Below are positions 47,113 to 56,266 of a DNA stretch of 64,000 nt, piece by piece. Each line of letters opens with the position of its first letter. Position 1 is the stretch's first letter. Origin of the DNA: Spirochaetae bacterium HGW-Spirochaetae-3 (GTDB lineage: Bacteria; Spirochaetota; Spirochaetia; Treponematales; UBA12059); contig PGXV01000004.1 of assembly GCA_002839315.1 (NCBI GenBank), positions 98,787 to 162,786 of the forward strand, read 5' to 3'. A program made the position numbers and the translations under genes. The notes beneath the pieces were generated by a model that had not been told where the DNA came from, searched no databases, and saw only the letters and a program-made list of their open reading frames with translations.

Positions 47113-47164
47113 AACTGAACTATAGGCGGATATCCGTCCGGCCGCAATGCCGATCCAGCCCGGT

Positions 47165-49108
47165 TCAGCCGGCCGCGCCGGATATCATCGCGACGAAGGC
47201 GTCCTCTCCGATTATCTGAACGCCGTGCGCGTTAGCCTTCCGGTTCTTCTCCGATCCGGAGAACGGGTCGTTGGTGACGAGATACGTCAAGCCCTTCGCG
47301 ACGGAGTTCTTCACCGTACCGCCGAGGGACTTTACCAGGGCTTGCGCCCGGGACCGTTTCATCGTCGCCAGTTCCCCCGTGAAGCAGAACGACTTGCCGG
47401 ACAACGGCCCGCCGGTTCCCGAAGGCGGCCGCAGACGAATCGCGCCGGTGGCGAGTACCGCGTCCATGGCCGGCCCCAGCGCGCGAAGGCCCTCGACCAG
47501 CGCGGCCGCCATGATATCCCCGAACCCGTCTATCGCGGCCAGGTCCTCGACTCCGGCGGCCCGCAGTTTCTCGATGGTATCGAAACCGGCGGCGGCGGCT
47601 TTCTCTACCGACAGAAGGCCTATACCCTCTATATCGAAACCCGCGACGAACTCCGCAAGCGACGGCTCGTTCCTGGACCTCAGGTTTTGTACGAGCTTCG
47701 CGGCGCTCGCCTCGCCCATGCGCTCGTAGGAGGAAAGCTCTCCCGCGTCGAGCCCGTACAGGTCGGATATGGTCCGAACCCTCCCTGAGTCGAATAGCCT
47801 GCGCAGGATCGTGACGCCGAATTCCATTACATCGAGCATAGAAAGCCACTTCTCGAGACGATGCAAGGCCTTCTTGGGACAGTCCATGTTGGGGCAATAC
47901 AGTCGAACCCCGTCGTCTACGAGAGCCGCCCCGCAGGAGCAGGTAGTAGGAACGGGAATCTCGGCGCTATCCGGGGGATTCTCGATGAGCCCCTCGATCT
48001 TGGGGATTATCTCGCCGCGCTTGACGACGACGACCCTGGAACCGATACGGAGTCCCATACCGCGAAGGGTGCTCGCGTTGGCGAGGCTCGCCCGCCGCAC
48101 GGTCGTTCCCGCGAGCCTCACCGGCTCGATGATGCCGACCGGCGTATAGCTGGCCCCCGATTCGCTCCATTCCACGGCGACCAGCGTCGTACTGGCCTCC
48201 TCGAGGGGGAACTTGAATGCGATCTGACGCTCGGGCCTGGCGCGCCTCATATCGTCGATATCGACCGAGCGGGCCTTGACGACGAGGCCGTCGATATCGT
48301 GAGGCAACGAATCGCGGCCGTCCATCACGCGGGCCCGGTAATCGACGACCTCGAAAGGCTCGTAGAAAACGAGCGCTTCGACCGTTACGAAGCCCGAGCC
48401 GCGTAGCCACGCAATCTTGGTCAGCTCGTCGTCGAAGGGCGGTTCTGGCTCGCCCATGAACAGGGCGCCGGGTCGGGCGTCGTAAAGACCGCTCGGGGCC
48501 GCGTCGTAGCAGACAACCTCGAGCCTATCGACACCGACGCCGTCCTTGCGTTTCATAAGGCCGTTGGCGGCGTTCCTGCAATTCGCCTTATCCGGGAAAT
48601 AGAGCCTATGCGTCTCCTTGGACATGACGACCTCGCCCCTGACGGCTCCGCTCCAGGGCTCCGGAAGAACGGCGGGAACGCCGGCCATCTGGCGGGCGTT
48701 CTGCGTTATATCGTCGCCTACGCTACCATCGCCGCGCGTGACGGCCCTTAAAAGACGGCCGGCCTCGTACTGTAGCTCCAGGCTCGCTCCGTCGAGCTTG
48801 TGCTCCACGATATACTCCGACAGACCGGCCTTCGCGCACCACGCGAGGAATCCTTCCGGATCCGCGGCCTTTGCCTGACTGCCCATCGGCAGGACGTGCC
48901 TGGCCTTGGGGAATCCGTCGGCCGCATCGACGCCGAGCCCCCCGAGGACGGGGCTATCCGGAAACAAGGCCGACAGCTCGTCCCATAGCGCGTCGAATTC
49001 CGCGTCTGATATTTCCGGCTTATCGTTGTAGTACCGATCCTGGTGGTAGACGATAAGCCGCTCGAGCTCGGCTACCCTCGCCCGCCGTTCGTCGTTCGTT
49101 TCCATCAT
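47165..49108 (-). CDS. ligA: NAD-dependent DNA ligase LigA
   Basis: 647 aa. Adenylation motif VEHKLDGASL, OB fold, Zn finger (CSCGAALV..CPNMDCP), HhH repeats and a C-terminal BRCT. Confidence 0.96.
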   Translation of the reverse strand: MMETNDERRARVAELERLIVYHQDRYYNDKPEISDAEFDALWDELSALFPDSPVLGGLGVDAADGFPKARHVLPMGSQAKAADPEGFLAWCAKAGLSEYIVEHKLDGASLELQYEAGRLLRAVTRGDGSVGDDITQNARQMAGVPAVLPEPWSGAVRGEVVMSKETHRLYFPDKANCRNAANGLMKRKDGVGVDRLEVVCYDAAPSGLYDARPGALFMGEPEPPFDDELTKIAWLRGSGFVTVEALVFYEPFEVVDYRARVMDGRDSLPHDIDGLVVKARSVDIDDMRRARPERQIAFKFPLEEASTTLVAVEWSESGASYTPVGIIEPVRLAGTTVRRASLANASTLRGMGLRIGSRVVVVKRGEIIPKIEGLIENPPDSAEIPVPTTCSCGAALVDDGVRLYCPNMDCPKKALHRLEKWLSMLDVMEFGVTILRRLFDSGRVRTISDLYGLDAGELSSYERMGEASAAKLVQNLRSRNEPSLAEFVAGFDIEGIGLLSVEKAAAAGFDTIEKLRAAGVEDLAAIDGFGDIMAAALVEGLRALGPAMDAVLATGAIRLRPPSGTGGPLSGKSFCFTGELATMKRSRAQALVKSLGGTVKNSVAKGLTYLVTNDPFSGSEKNRKANAHGVQIIGEDAFVAMISGAAG

Positions 49109-49211
49109 GGCTCCGTCCGGGTCGCGTTATTTGCGGGTCGCGTCAGGATCCGCGCCGGTCATTGTAGTCGGCCTAAACCGGGCGGTCAACGACGGGTCGC
49201 CCTTGACCCGC

Positions 49212-49228
49212 TAGCTCGGCGCGAGCTA
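49212..49228. promoter_or_regulatory. 17-bp perfect palindrome TAGCTCGgcgCGAGCTA within a putative MFS-gene promoter spacer (operator candidate)
   Basis: It lies between TTGACC (49203-08) and TACGGT. Upstream are direct repeats CGGGTCGCGT at 49118 and 49134 and ACGGGTCGCC at 49192. Confidence 0.35.
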
Positions 49229-49271
49229 CGGTGATTCCCGAGGCCGTTCTTACGGCCGAAACGGAGATACG

Positions 49272-50459
49272 ATGGCGAACGGCGGACGGGTTCAGCGGGA
49301 CAAGATGTCGGTGATCATCCCATCGGCCTTCATCAACAGCCTGGCTATAGGCACGATGTCGCTGGGTATGCTGTTCGTCGTCAAGGACCTGTACGGGGCC
49401 GGGCCCGGCCTCGTCGGCTCGCTGGGCGCGCTGTGGTCGATATCGTATTTCACGGGATGCATAGTGCTCCGCAAGGCGGCGAGCCGATTCAAGCCGCGGA
49501 CCTCCATGATCATTATGCTTACGGGAAGCGCTACCATACTCGTGGCCTTCCTGTCGCGCCCCGGCCTGTGGCAGGCCTTCGCGGCGTTCTCGGCTTATGG
49601 ATTCATAATGGCCTTCTTCTGGCCGCCGCTGATGGGATGGCTTTCCAAGGGATACGAAGGCGCGGAGCTCAACCGGGCCACCAGCCTCTTCAGCTTCTCG
49701 TGGAGCATCGGCGGTATCATCAGTTCGTATATGGCCGGTATCCTGTCGGAACGCGGCAAGCTACTGCCTATAGTCGTCGCGACGGCGCTCTTCCTCCTCA
49801 ACGCCGCGTTCATCCTCGTCTCAAAGGCGTTCGTGAAGAACGAGGACGTCCCGCGGTCCGCATCGGACTCTCCCGCCGCCGTCGAAGACCGGTCGACGCC
49901 GCTACGCTATCCGGCGTGGCTCGGCGCGTTCCTGATATACGCGGTCATGGGTGTCATCTTCAACGTATTCCCCGTTTTCGCGCGGGACGAGCTGGCGCTA
50001 AGCGAATCGTCGATAGGATTCCTGCTGATGATCAGGGCGGCGGCGACTACCGTCGGCTTCCTCATCCTGGGCAAGGTGACGTTCTGGCAGTTCAAGCGAG
50101 CGGCGCTACCTATCTTGTCAGTGGCGACGGTAGCTACGCTGATCGCGCTCGCGTTCCAGCGCAATGCACTGGGATTCTCGCTAGGCTTCGGCATAATCGG
50201 GCTTCTGCAGTCGATGATCTATAATAATTCGCTTTTCTATGCGACCAGCGGGTCTCCCGATCGCGACCGCAGGGCCAGCACTCACGAGGCGGTGCTGACC
50301 TTCGGTCAGGTGGTCGGCTCCGTAAGCGGCGGATTCCTCTACCAGGCGTTCTCGATGCCCGTGGTGTACGCGGTTCTGGGCCTGCTCCTGGGGGTCGGCG
50401 CAGCGGCGCAGTCCGCGATGATATACAGGCCGGGCCGGCGCAAGGCTCCGGCCCGATAA
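49272..50459 (+). CDS. MFS transporter
   Basis: 395 aa with ~12 predicted hydrophobic helices and a typical MFS loop between halves (KNEDVPRSASDSPAAVEDRS). Confidence 0.8.
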   Translation: MANGGRVQRDKMSVIIPSAFINSLAIGTMSLGMLFVVKDLYGAGPGLVGSLGALWSISYFTGCIVLRKAASRFKPRTSMIIMLTGSATILVAFLSRPGLWQAFAAFSAYGFIMAFFWPPLMGWLSKGYEGAELNRATSLFSFSWSIGGIISSYMAGILSERGKLLPIVVATALFLLNAAFILVSKAFVKNEDVPRSASDSPAAVEDRSTPLRYPAWLGAFLIYAVMGVIFNVFPVFARDELALSESSIGFLLMIRAAATTVGFLILGKVTFWQFKRAALPILSVATVATLIALAFQRNALGFSLGFGIIGLLQSMIYNNSLFYATSGSPDRDRRASTHEAVLTFGQVVGSVSGGFLYQAFSMPVVYAVLGLLLGVGAAAQSAMIYRPGRRKAPAR

Positions 50460-50466
50460 TCACTGC

Positions 50467-52392
50467 TCAGCTTCCGCTCTTCAGGAACGCGTCCTTATAA
50501 CCCATCGCTCGTACCCGTACCAACGCGACGCCGCTTTCGTCCCGGGACAGCGGGCCTACGAAGACGCGCCAGGTATCCTTGCCCTTGTCGCTCGTCTTCT
50601 GGATCAGCACGGTGAATTTCTTGCCTACCCCGCTCGCGGCGTCCTTCGCGACCGATTCGCTCCCGAAGGCGCCTATCTGGATATAATAGCGCCCCTTCTC
50701 CAGGGGACCCGTCACGGCGGGAGCCGTTACGACGGGAGCCGTTACGACGGGAGCCGCCACGACGGGAGCCGCCGGAGGAGTCGTTGTTACAGGCGCCGGA
50801 GCTACGGACGCGACGGGAGGCTTGGGCCCGGTCGGCTCTATAGCCACGATATACTCACGCGGCGATTCAAGCGCGACGGCGGGCGCGGGCTTCTCGGATG
50901 GTCCTTCTACATAGGGAGCCGTTTCGGGCTTCTGCTCCGCGGCTTCCGCCAAGGAGGTTCCAAGCCCCGAATCTACGGGTGACGCGGGTGTCTTAACCTC
51001 GGCCCGGGGTTTTTCCATAGCCTTGGCTTCCGCGTCCTCGAGAGCCACCATCGTCTCGGCGGCGCCATACGCCGGAGTCTCGAGCGCGAGCGCTGACGGT
51101 CCTTCATGCGCAGGTAGAATGATCTCGCCCTCGGCGAGGCTAGTAGCGGGAATTTCATAGATAGGCGCATTGAGGCCGGCGAGCACGATTTCGGGAATTT
51201 CATCGGCTTCGAGCTCTGGCCAGACTAGTTCCGGGCTCAAGCCCGAGGGAGTCCTCGAAGGCGCGAGCCTCGCTATGGCCTCCGCACGCTCCGAAGCGGG
51301 CATCGCCGGGTCCGAAAGGCCGTACTCGCCTTCGTACGCGGAATACTCCGGGGCGAGGCGACTCAACGCGATCGCGCCATCGGACGACGGCGCCGACGGG
51401 TCGTACAGATCCACCGAAGCGGAATCGGCGTACATGTGGGGAGCGGTACGAGCCAACGCCGCGGCCCTGGCGTCAGAAACGGGCACGGGATCGGCTAATG
51501 CCACCGAGTGCGCGCGGCCGGAAGGCGCCTTCGGGCCGTTGGTCGAGATTTCCGGCCTTACGGCCGGCGCTTCGTATCGCTTCGGCGCGAACGATGGCTC
51601 GACGCGTATCGGCGTCTCGTCGGGCTCGGGCACGAGTATGGATACGGCCTCGGGCGCGGGCTCGACCGCCGCGGCGACCGCGGCGGGGGCGGATTGCGAA
51701 GGCTCGGGCAACTGAGGCAATAGTATCGTTCGAACCGGCTTCGGTTTGGCGCTCACCATAGGCACGGGCGTTTCCTCGGCTACGGAAGTCGGTTCGGCGA
51801 CGGCGCTAGGCGCGGCGACGGTTCTCGATGGCTCTATGGCCTTAGGCGCGGTAGCCGGAGCCGGAGCCGGAGCTACCGGGGAAGGCGTAACGGCCGGAGC
51901 CGGAACCTGCGCTATAGGCGCGGTCGACGTCCGGGCTACGGGAGTGGAACCGGTCGGACCCAGTTCATAGCCGAGCCGCCGTAGCTCCGCCGCTGCCAGG
52001 AGGCGCGGGTTAAGATCCGGATCGTGCGACGATATGGAGCCCGACGACGGAGCGAGTTCGACGGCGCTCCTCGGTTCGGACGCCCTGACCCTGACGACGC
52101 GACCTTGCTGCAGGCCAAGCGCATTCGCCGCCTCGACGGAAAGCATCATGAAGACGCCCGAGCTCTCGAGCCCCCTCGTGACGATCGCCGTTATGGAACG
52201 GCCGTTCTCCAGGTTGACGACTTCTATAGAGGTGTTTCGAGGAAAGGAATTGCACGCTGCGTAATATCCGGACGCCGGAAAGTCCCCGTAAGGCCCCATC
52301 ATCGCGCTTCCTTCCCAGGATGACGCCGAAGCGAGGACGACGACCGCCGTCATGCAGGCCGCTAACGCGATGCTATGCCTCTTCATATCCAT
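50467..52392 (-). CDS. rlpA: RlpA-like (DPBB) lytic transglycosylase with long Pro/Ala-rich linker and C-terminal SPOR domain
   Basis: 641 aa. Signal peptide, N-terminal DPBB-like region (YYAACNSFPRNTSIEVVNLENGRSITAIVTRG), a ~400-aa low-complexity P/A/E/S linker, and a SPOR end (YYIQIGAFGSESVAKDAA...WRVFVGPLSRDE). Confidence 0.75.
   Translation of the reverse strand: MDMKRHSIALAACMTAVVVLASASSWEGSAMMGPYGDFPASGYYAACNSFPRNTSIEVVNLENGRSITAIVTRGLESSGVFMMLSVEAANALGLQQGRVVRVRASEPRSAVELAPSSGSISSHDPDLNPRLLAAAELRRLGYELGPTGSTPVARTSTAPIAQVPAPAVTPSPVAPAPAPATAPKAIEPSRTVAAPSAVAEPTSVAEETPVPMVSAKPKPVRTILLPQLPEPSQSAPAAVAAAVEPAPEAVSILVPEPDETPIRVEPSFAPKRYEAPAVRPEISTNGPKAPSGRAHSVALADPVPVSDARAAALARTAPHMYADSASVDLYDPSAPSSDGAIALSRLAPEYSAYEGEYGLSDPAMPASERAEAIARLAPSRTPSGLSPELVWPELEADEIPEIVLAGLNAPIYEIPATSLAEGEIILPAHEGPSALALETPAYGAAETMVALEDAEAKAMEKPRAEVKTPASPVDSGLGTSLAEAAEQKPETAPYVEGPSEKPAPAVALESPREYIVAIEPTGPKPPVASVAPAPVTTTPPAAPVVAAPVVTAPVVTAPAVTGPLEKGRYYIQIGAFGSESVAKDAASGVGKKFTVLIQKTSDKGKDTWRVFVGPLSRDESGVALVRVRAMGYKDAFLKSGS
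50714..50773 (-). repeat. Four tandem 15-bp repeats (ACGACGGGAGCCGTT-like) encoding (A/V)PVVT units
   Basis: Plus strand: acggcgggagccgttacgacgggagccgttacgacgggagccgccacgacgggagccgcc. Confidence 0.85.
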
Positions 52393-52891
52393 ACTTCCTC
52401 CGCGAAGCGCTTACGCCTCGCAATACGCCGCCGCACGCGGCCGAAATGGCCGAACCGAGGGCTGAGCACGCCTTGTCTATTTCAGGACCGGACGTCGTAG
52501 CGGGTACGGCAACGGGAACGCGGCCCCGGGCCAGCTCCTTACCGTCACGTACTCGTACGAGGCGGTAGCTGCATTCGGGGACCGGCGTCCCCTGGCCGTA
52601 TTCGGCGAGGACGACGATGACGTAATCTATCAGGCCTTCTACCGAGGCGCTCCCCGGGGCGTAGCCCAGGAAGGATTCACGGTCGCCGAGGACGGGCCTC
52701 GAATTCGTTCCTATCAATCCGGAATCGAAAAGGCCGTCGAGGACTCCGGAGATGACGAGCTCGGACGAGCGGGTAGCGGCATACGCGCCGTCGAACGCGG
52801 TTTCGACCAGTGCGACCTCGACCGTCTGCGCATATAGCGGAACGATAGCCGACGCAAGCGAGAGAATGGCCGTCATTGCTAGACTCTTCAT
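52373..52891 (-). CDS. Secreted hypothetical protein
   Basis: Probable start MKSLAMTAILSLASAIVPLYAQ (M8 of track ORF 52373..52912). Its 3' end overlaps the rlpA start by 20 nt. No family recognised. Confidence 0.55.
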   Translation of the reverse strand: MKSLAMTAILSLASAIVPLYAQTVEVALVETAFDGAYAATRSSELVISGVLDGLFDSGLIGTNSRPVLGDRESFLGYAPGSASVEGLIDYVIVVLAEYGQGTPVPECSYRLVRVRDGKELARGRVPVAVPATTSGPEIDKACSALGSAISAACGGVLRGVSASRRKYGYEEA

Positions 52892-53072
52892 CGTTCGTAT
52901 CCTTTTCCTCATTATCTATCGGCCGTCTTTTGGAGTAGATTTAGCCGTATCGATAGTCGGCAGGCGTTAATCCGCCGACCGAGGGGCTTATTGCCGTTGC
53001 GCTCGTCTTCGTGATAGTTTTTTCTTCCGTCCGACGATCGTTCCGGGCGGCGATTGCGGAGGATTGCTGTCT

Positions 53073-53633
53073 ATGGACTACTATGCCGTACAGGTATGGA
53101 CGGGCAAGGAAGACGAATTCGCCGAGCGCATGGCGTCGGTTCCGGGTATGGAATCGAGAGCATTGGTCCCGAAGCGCTCTTTGCCGATCAAGCGCGGCGG
53201 CAAGACACGGAATGAGGAACGGCCGCTATTCCCAGGCTACGTCTTCCTGGCGGTTGACTCCGGGGAGCTGAACCGCGAACAGCGATGGGCCCTCCGTTCG
53301 ACGAGGTTCTACGTAAGGACCCTACCGTCGTCAACCGAGCCTCGGCCGGTCAAGGAGAAAGACCGTAGGCTCCTCGCCCACTTCATGTCGTTCGGAAAAG
53401 TTGCCGATATTTCGAAGGTACGCTTCGACGAAGACGATCGCATCGTCGTGGTCGAAGGTCCGCTCAAGGATCTCGAAGGCCTGATCGTAAAGGTCGACAT
53501 CCGCAAGCGCCGGGCCAAGATTCGCCTGGACATGTGCGAGAACTCATTCCTCGTCGATTTGGGTTTCGAGATTCTCGATAGAAAAGCGAAAGGATCCGGC
53601 ATCGACGATGGGCAGCAATCCAGACAATCCTAG
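53073..53633 (+). CDS. Specialised NusG paralog (LoaP/UpxY-like transcription antiterminator)
   Basis: NGN domain (YYAVQVWTGKEDEF...PLFPGYVFL) plus KOW (IVVVEGPLKDLEGLIVKVDIRKRRAKI). First gene of a polysaccharide-type operon. GGAGGA upstream. Confidence 0.8.
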   Translation: MDYYAVQVWTGKEDEFAERMASVPGMESRALVPKRSLPIKRGGKTRNEERPLFPGYVFLAVDSGELNREQRWALRSTRFYVRTLPSSTEPRPVKEKDRRLLAHFMSFGKVADISKVRFDEDDRIVVVEGPLKDLEGLIVKVDIRKRRAKIRLDMCENSFLVDLGFEILDRKAKGSGIDDGQQSRQS

Positions 53634-55095
53634 GGTTTATATCATCGGGGCCGGCTTCGCCGGTCGCGGTATAGCGCGGGAGATACGCGAAAAATCGGTA
53701 TTCGGGTCAATCGTGGCCTTTCTCGACGACGACGAGGCCAAGGTTGGTCGGAGAATAGACGGAGTCCCGGTACTCGGCCCCATCAAGGACGTCGTGCGCC
53801 TTCTCGCGCGGGCTCCGGCGGACGAGGCGATCATCGCGATGCCGAGCGCCTCAAGGGAATTCCTCCGCGAGCTTTACTACCTTCTAAAGGACGCGGGCTT
53901 CTCGCGCATACGCATCGTTCCGGACATCGCGCAGATCGTAGAGGGCGACGCCCACCTGGTCCAGGCGCGCGAGATAGACCCGCAGGATCTGCTCGGGCGC
54001 AGTCCCGTCGCGATAGGGCTGAAGAAAAGCATCCAGTGGCTAGCCGGCAAGCGCGTCATCGTGACGGGGGCGGGCGGTTCTATAGGCTCCGAGCTTTCCC
54101 GCCAGCTGCTTTCGGCGGGAGTGGAACGTCTCTACCTCTTCGGCCACGGAGAGAATTCCATATACCAGATAGACCGCGAGCTCAGGGCGTTACAGGCCGG
54201 GGGCGTCGGCGTCTCCACGGCCATCGTACCCGTCATAGGGGAGCTCAAGGACCGCGACTATATGACCAACGTCTGCAGGCGGCTCAAGGCCGACGTAGTA
54301 TTCCACGCCGCGGCGTACAAGCACGTGCCGATGATGGAGGCAAACACCGTCGCCGCTATAGACAATAACGTGTTCGGCACGAAGAACCTCGTCGACGCCT
54401 GCCTAAGCTCGGGCGTCAAGCGCTTCGTACTCGTAAGCACCGACAAGGCCGTCGAACCGCTCTGCGTCTACGGCGCGTCGAAGTACATTTCGGAGCGCAT
54501 CGTCATGGACGCGCAGGCGAAGGCGGGGCGGGACGAGCATTATATGGTGGTCCGCTTCGGAAACGTGCTCGGCTCCCGTGGATCGATACTGCCGCTCTTC
54601 ATGCAACAGGTGTCGCGCGGCGGGCCGGTAACCGTTACCGATCCTCTCGCCAGCCGGTTCTTCATGACGATACCCGAGGCATGCTCGCTCGTTCTCAAGG
54701 CCGGCGGCGTCGGCTCGGGGGGGGAATCGTATCTTTTGGACATGGGCGACCCCATCCTGATACGGGAGCTCGCCGAACAGGTCATCCGATTCTCCGGGTT
54801 CGTTCCCTACGACGATATAAAGATAGACTATATCGGGCTCCGTCCGGGAGAGCGGCTGGCGGAGAAGCTCTTCGCCGACGACGAGAGCCTCGAACCGACC
54901 GATTTCCCGAGGATTAACAGGCTGGAGCGCGGCGGGAGCGGGTTCGACCTCGCCAAGGCGCTCGAAGCGCTCGGCCCGATATGCTTCCTCGACGGGTCGA
55001 GGCCTGAATCGTACCGCAATCGCAGGTTGCTCAGAGGGGCGCTGAGATCATTCGTACCTACGGTAGAGGAGACTCAAGATGAACCGGAATACTGA
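53608..55095 (+). CDS. CapD/PglF/WbpM-type nucleotide-sugar 4,6-dehydratase (soluble form)
   Basis: 495 aa. N-terminal Rossmann-like domain (VYIIGAGFAGRG) and SDR core VTGAGGSIGSEL...YGASKYISE. Confidence 0.85.
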   Translation: MGSNPDNPRVYIIGAGFAGRGIAREIREKSVFGSIVAFLDDDEAKVGRRIDGVPVLGPIKDVVRLLARAPADEAIIAMPSASREFLRELYYLLKDAGFSRIRIVPDIAQIVEGDAHLVQAREIDPQDLLGRSPVAIGLKKSIQWLAGKRVIVTGAGGSIGSELSRQLLSAGVERLYLFGHGENSIYQIDRELRALQAGGVGVSTAIVPVIGELKDRDYMTNVCRRLKADVVFHAAAYKHVPMMEANTVAAIDNNVFGTKNLVDACLSSGVKRFVLVSTDKAVEPLCVYGASKYISERIVMDAQAKAGRDEHYMVVRFGNVLGSRGSILPLFMQQVSRGGPVTVTDPLASRFFMTIPEACSLVLKAGGVGSGGESYLLDMGDPILIRELAEQVIRFSGFVPYDDIKIDYIGLRPGERLAEKLFADDESLEPTDFPRINRLERGGSGFDLAKALEALGPICFLDGSRPESYRNRRLLRGALRSFVPTVEETQDEPEY

Positions 55096-56266
55096 TTTTA
55101 TCGCCTTCGCCAGGCCCTCCCTGGGGGAGGAAGAAGAGGAAGCGGTCCTTCGCGTCCTGCGTTCCGGTTGGTTGACGACGGGCTCGGAGACGCTCTCCTT
55201 CGAGAGGGAATTCGGGGAATTCGTCGGAACGCCCCACGCGCTGGCGGTCAACTCGGCGACGAGCGGCCTCCATCTGGCGCTCGAGGCCATCGGGATAGGC
55301 CCGGGGGACGTCGTCGCGACCAGCCCCTACACCTTCACGTCGACGGCGGCCGTCGTAAGGCATCTCGGCGCCGAGGTAGCGTTCTGCGACGTAGCCCCGG
55401 GGTCGTATAACATCGACCTCGACTCCCTGGGCAGGCTTCTGTCGACGACGAAGAACTGCCGCGCCATCATAGCCGTCCATGTGGGCGGCCTTCCCTGCGA
55501 CATGCGATCGATACGGGCCCTCGCCAAGCGCTACGGCTGCGCGCTCGTCGAGGACGCGGCCCATTCGTTCCCTTCCGTCACCGAGGAAGGATACGCCGGG
55601 ACTCTCGGCGACGTCGGCGTTTATTCGTTCTACGCGACCAAGACGATCACTACCGGAGAGGGAGGGATGCTGGTCACGAAGGACGATCGCGTCGCCGCCA
55701 GGGCCGAGAAAATGCGCATGCACGGGTTCGATCGCGCCGCCTGGGACCGCTATACGGCCAAGAAGGCCTCGTGGCGCTACGCCGTGACGGAAGCCGGCTT
55801 CAAGTACAACATGCCGGACCTGCTCGCCGCCATAGGTCGCGTCCAGCTCAGGAAGGCGAACCGTTTCCTGGAGGAGCGGCGAGCTATCGCCGAGGTATAC
55901 GACGCGGCGTTCTCCGGCGTCCCGGGCCTCGAGTTACCTCCGCGCGGCGAGGGCCATGCCTGGCACCTCTACTCCCTGAGGACGAGGAGCGACAGGGGCG
56001 GCGTCGCCCGCGACGACCTCGTCGAGGCGCTCTCCGAACGCGGCGTCGGTTCGTCCGTGCACTTCATCCCGCTCCATACGATGCCGTACTACGCGGAGCG
56101 CTATCGGCTAACGCCCGAATCCTTTCCTAACGCCAGCTCGATGTTCGAGCGGACGCTCAGCCTCCCGATATGGCAAGGCATGGGCGTCGGCGTAGCTGAG
56201 CGCGTCGCCGAAGCGGTCTTGGAGATTACCGGAGTACCCGGATCGCATTCAAGGCGCGATGTATGA
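55079..56266 (+). CDS. DegT/DnrJ/EryC1/StrS family PLP-dependent sugar aminotransferase
   Basis: 395 aa. LTTGSETLSFEREF, VEDAAHS and SFYATKTITTGEGGM (PLP lysine motif). Confidence 0.9.
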   Translation: MNRNTDFIAFARPSLGEEEEEAVLRVLRSGWLTTGSETLSFEREFGEFVGTPHALAVNSATSGLHLALEAIGIGPGDVVATSPYTFTSTAAVVRHLGAEVAFCDVAPGSYNIDLDSLGRLLSTTKNCRAIIAVHVGGLPCDMRSIRALAKRYGCALVEDAAHSFPSVTEEGYAGTLGDVGVYSFYATKTITTGEGGMLVTKDDRVAARAEKMRMHGFDRAAWDRYTAKKASWRYAVTEAGFKYNMPDLLAAIGRVQLRKANRFLEERRAIAEVYDAAFSGVPGLELPPRGEGHAWHLYSLRTRSDRGGVARDDLVEALSERGVGSSVHFIPLHTMPYYAERYRLTPESFPNASSMFERTLSLPIWQGMGVGVAERVAEAVLEITGVPGSHSRRDV

